Source of the DNA: Trichosphaerium sp. ATCC 40318
Lineage: Eukaryota; Protista; Tubulinea
Assembly (NCBI GenBank): GCA_038496445.1
Contig: JALMLS010000424.1
Location: 65,851-129,850 of the forward strand
Length of the DNA stretch: 64,000 nt
Direction: 5' to 3'
Shown here piece after piece: positions 61,501-64,000 of this stretch (positions are counted from its first letter, which is position 1; each line of letters starts with the position of its first letter). The notes under the pieces are model-generated. The model saw nothing but the letters and a program-made list of their open reading frames with translations. It had not been told where the DNA came from and made no database searches. The position numbers and the translations under genes are program-made.

Positions 61501-64000
61501 TTGCGTCCTGAGTTACACTTGGCGACCTGCCTAAGTTAAGCATATCATTGGGGCAGAGGAAAGGAAACCAAAAGGGACTCCCTGAGTAGCGGCGAGCGAA
61601 AGGGGACAAGCTCAAGCCTGAATCCGAGCCTAGCATCGGAGTTGTGGGCTAAGGCGTGGTGGCTCTTCCAGACGTTGACGGGAATTACGCACGAGTCGTA
61701 GCCGTAGAGGGTGCGAGCCCCGTACGCTGTCAACTGAGGAAATAGAGTCCCATCGTCCAGGAGTAGTATGGTTTGGCCGTGCCATACGAAGTTACCGGGA
61801 GGTTACCCGGCAAGGCTAAGTATCGGGAGGTGGCCGATAGCGCACCAGTACCGTGAGGGAAGACTGAAACAGCACTCCTCGATAGAGGGTTAAAAGACCC
61901 GAAGCCGGCAAGGGTACAAATGGCACGGAGTACGTAGGTGCCCTGCACCTAATCTGCACATGGCAGACGCTCTTGTAGCGAGGGAAAAGCGACCGGGGCC
62001 TTGTGCCCTGGAAGATTATAATGAAACAAAACGTCGAGGGGAAGGTAATAGAAGTGACTAACACAAAAAAGTCATACTGGCTAACTGTGCTGTCCACACC
62101 ATCCTACAAGCTGAAAAGCATAAAAACGTGGGTTTGGTTGAAAGGACATCAAAAAGCACTTTTAAACCTTTAAATGGCGTTGGTTCACTGAAATTACTGA
62201 AACCTCCGAATGTACGTCTTCTTCCGAAAGGAACGAAGTTCGTCATTCATCGTCCACAACCTCAATGAGGCTCTATGCCCTTATTGGGCCATGGCCTCCG
62301 TGTATCCCGTCTTGAAACACGGATCAAGGAGTTCGCCGAGCGTGCGAGGGTGAGAGATCAAACCTCCAACCCGCACAGAAATGAAGCCAAGGATAAGCTC
62401 CTAGGCCGTCAAGTTCTTTATATAAAAACAAACGTATTACATTACATGTATAAGTTTGCAAAGATCGACATAAAAAACCGACTATGCTATTATCATGTTT
62501 TATGTTACGCAAGTAATTAAAAACACGTCACACCAAAGTAGATACACTTTGCCATCTCCGGCGTTGTTCTCTTGGCAGGCGATAGTACGTTGGGCGATAC
62601 CCGAAAGGTAGCGATCTATACCCGAAAGGGGGAAGGCGGGAGAAATCCCGCTGGACGCCCGTAGCGTTGCTGACGTGCAAATCGCTCGCCGGACATTGGG
62701 TATAGGGGCGAGAGACCAAACGAGCTGCCAACGTAGCTGGTACCGTTCGAAGTATCCCTAAGGATAGAGGGGGTCCGTGACGCCGGTCTCGTCTCGTAGA
62801 GCCACTGGAAAGAGGTATCGGAGGCCAAAGTTGCCATCGACCTATTATCAAACACATAAGAGGCGACCGATCACAGGCCGAATGGCTGTGATCACCGAGA
62901 CGGTGGACCCCTATTGGGCCGGTCTTGATAAGCAGGACTGACGAGACGGTTTTAAACGCGAGCAGCAGCAAAGGCGCCCGAATAGGCAGTAACCAAGACA
63001 ACGAAGGCGGTGTTCCAGTTTAGACAGCTGGAAGGTGGACATGGAAGTCGTCATCCTCTAAGGAGTGAGTAACTTCTCACCAGCCGAATTGGGACGCGCC
63101 GAAAATGGATGGCGCTAAACTGCCTTAGCCGCCGCTGCGCGATCGCCCCGGCTCGGCCCAGGGTGCGGTAGGACGGCGTGCTGGTGGCGTAGAAGGGGGG
63201 CGGTGGCGTCCACCCGGAGCCACCAGCAGTGATGATCTTGGTGGTAGTAGCAATTGGAGCCTGGTGAAACAGTGTTTATCACAGCCAGGTCGCCAAGTGG
63301 GGAAGGGTTTCGCGGTGATGGCATTCAGCTGCGAGTTAGCCGGTCCTAAGCCAGCTCCTAATAGAGTATACTGTTTGATGCTGGCAGACGACACTTGTTC
63401 AGATGAACTTTACTGTTTCTGAAGACTGGTGGAAGTCTGCGATGCTTTCAACTCGGCGAAAGGCAACCTGGTGAGTAATCCAGGGCATGGGTAAGGAGGA
63501 TGCATTTGCTTTAGAAGTGGCAACACTGAGAGAGAGAGCGCACGCGAGCAACCACACTTCTGGGGCCTTCTCCCGCGCCTAAGCTATTCGAGGGAAACTC
63601 CCCGGAGCCACGTAAAGCGGCGAAGGGAAAGAGTCGAGGGTAGCTAATGGGAAAGCACTTTTGCTTTCTAGGGGTGTTGGTGAGCTCGTTCTCACGAGGC
63701 TGCTCCTCTCCGAAGCCGACACTTTCGGGTGTTCAGTGTCCTCCAGGCTCATACCGTACCGAAAACCGCATCAGGTCCCCTAGGTTAGTCACCTCTGGCG
63801 CTGCACGGTGTAAACGGCGTAAGGGAAGTCGGCATACGCGGCCCGTAACTTCGGGAAAAGGGCTGGCTCTGCTGACCGGGACCCGACGACGTGCGTCTGC
63901 GCTACTTCAGTGTAGCCCCTTCGGGAATGGCGCACAGTCCCTGCAAAGAGGTCCACAGCGGATCATGGCGGAACTCTCAGAAGCTTAGAGAACCCAACTG
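61501..64000 (+). rRNA. LSU (28S-type) rRNA, 5' portion, truncated by the window; AT-rich insertions in D2, D3 and D7a
   Basis: AAGTTAAGCATATC, GAGTAGCGGCGAGCGAA, GTACCGTGAGGGAAAG, CCCGTCTTGAAACACGGATCAAGGAG, GTGCAAATCGCTCG, GAAAATGGATGGCGCT, GATCTTGGTGGTAGTAGCAA and GTAAGGGAAGTCGGCA...CGTAACTTCGGGAAAAGG. Confidence 0.96.

Noticed and set aside
58478-63988. Many short ORFs overlapping rRNA on both strands
   Set aside because: These are by-products of GC-rich rRNA sequence with few stop codons.

Overview
Eukaryotic nuclear DNA from a compact, AT-rich, intron-dense protist. Introns are mostly about 40-110 nt, and the gene content (class I myosin, arrestin-domain protein, CR-type effectors) fits an amoeboid lineage, though the taxon cannot be named from sequence alone. 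Positions 1-54.6 kb hold about 22 tightly packed genes: housekeeping genes (GMP synthase, IscA, CPSF2, glutamate-cysteine ligase, myosin I, SPFH protein), secreted or surface proteins, and a tandem pair of restriction-endonuclease-like + kinase (Crinkler/RHS-type) genes. After them come two tandem tRNAs, a spacer with repeated structured motifs, and a very divergent rDNA unit (SSU-ITS1-5.8S-ITS2-LSU, cut by the window end). Top observations: (1) a gene the ORF track misses, encoding an F-box fused to an iodothyronine-deiodinase-like domain, with an in-frame UGA at the catalytic position and a well-formed SECIS hairpin in its 3' UTR; (2) GC-rich SSU and LSU cores interrupted by AT-rich blocks whose edges resemble those of ITS2, suggesting extra excised spacers and a fragmented cytosolic ribosome; (3) covarying hairpin repeats upstream of the SSU; (4) a U12-type GT-AT intron in myosin and at least 11 GC-AG introns. 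All exon structures were assembled by eye and need RNA-seq confirmation.
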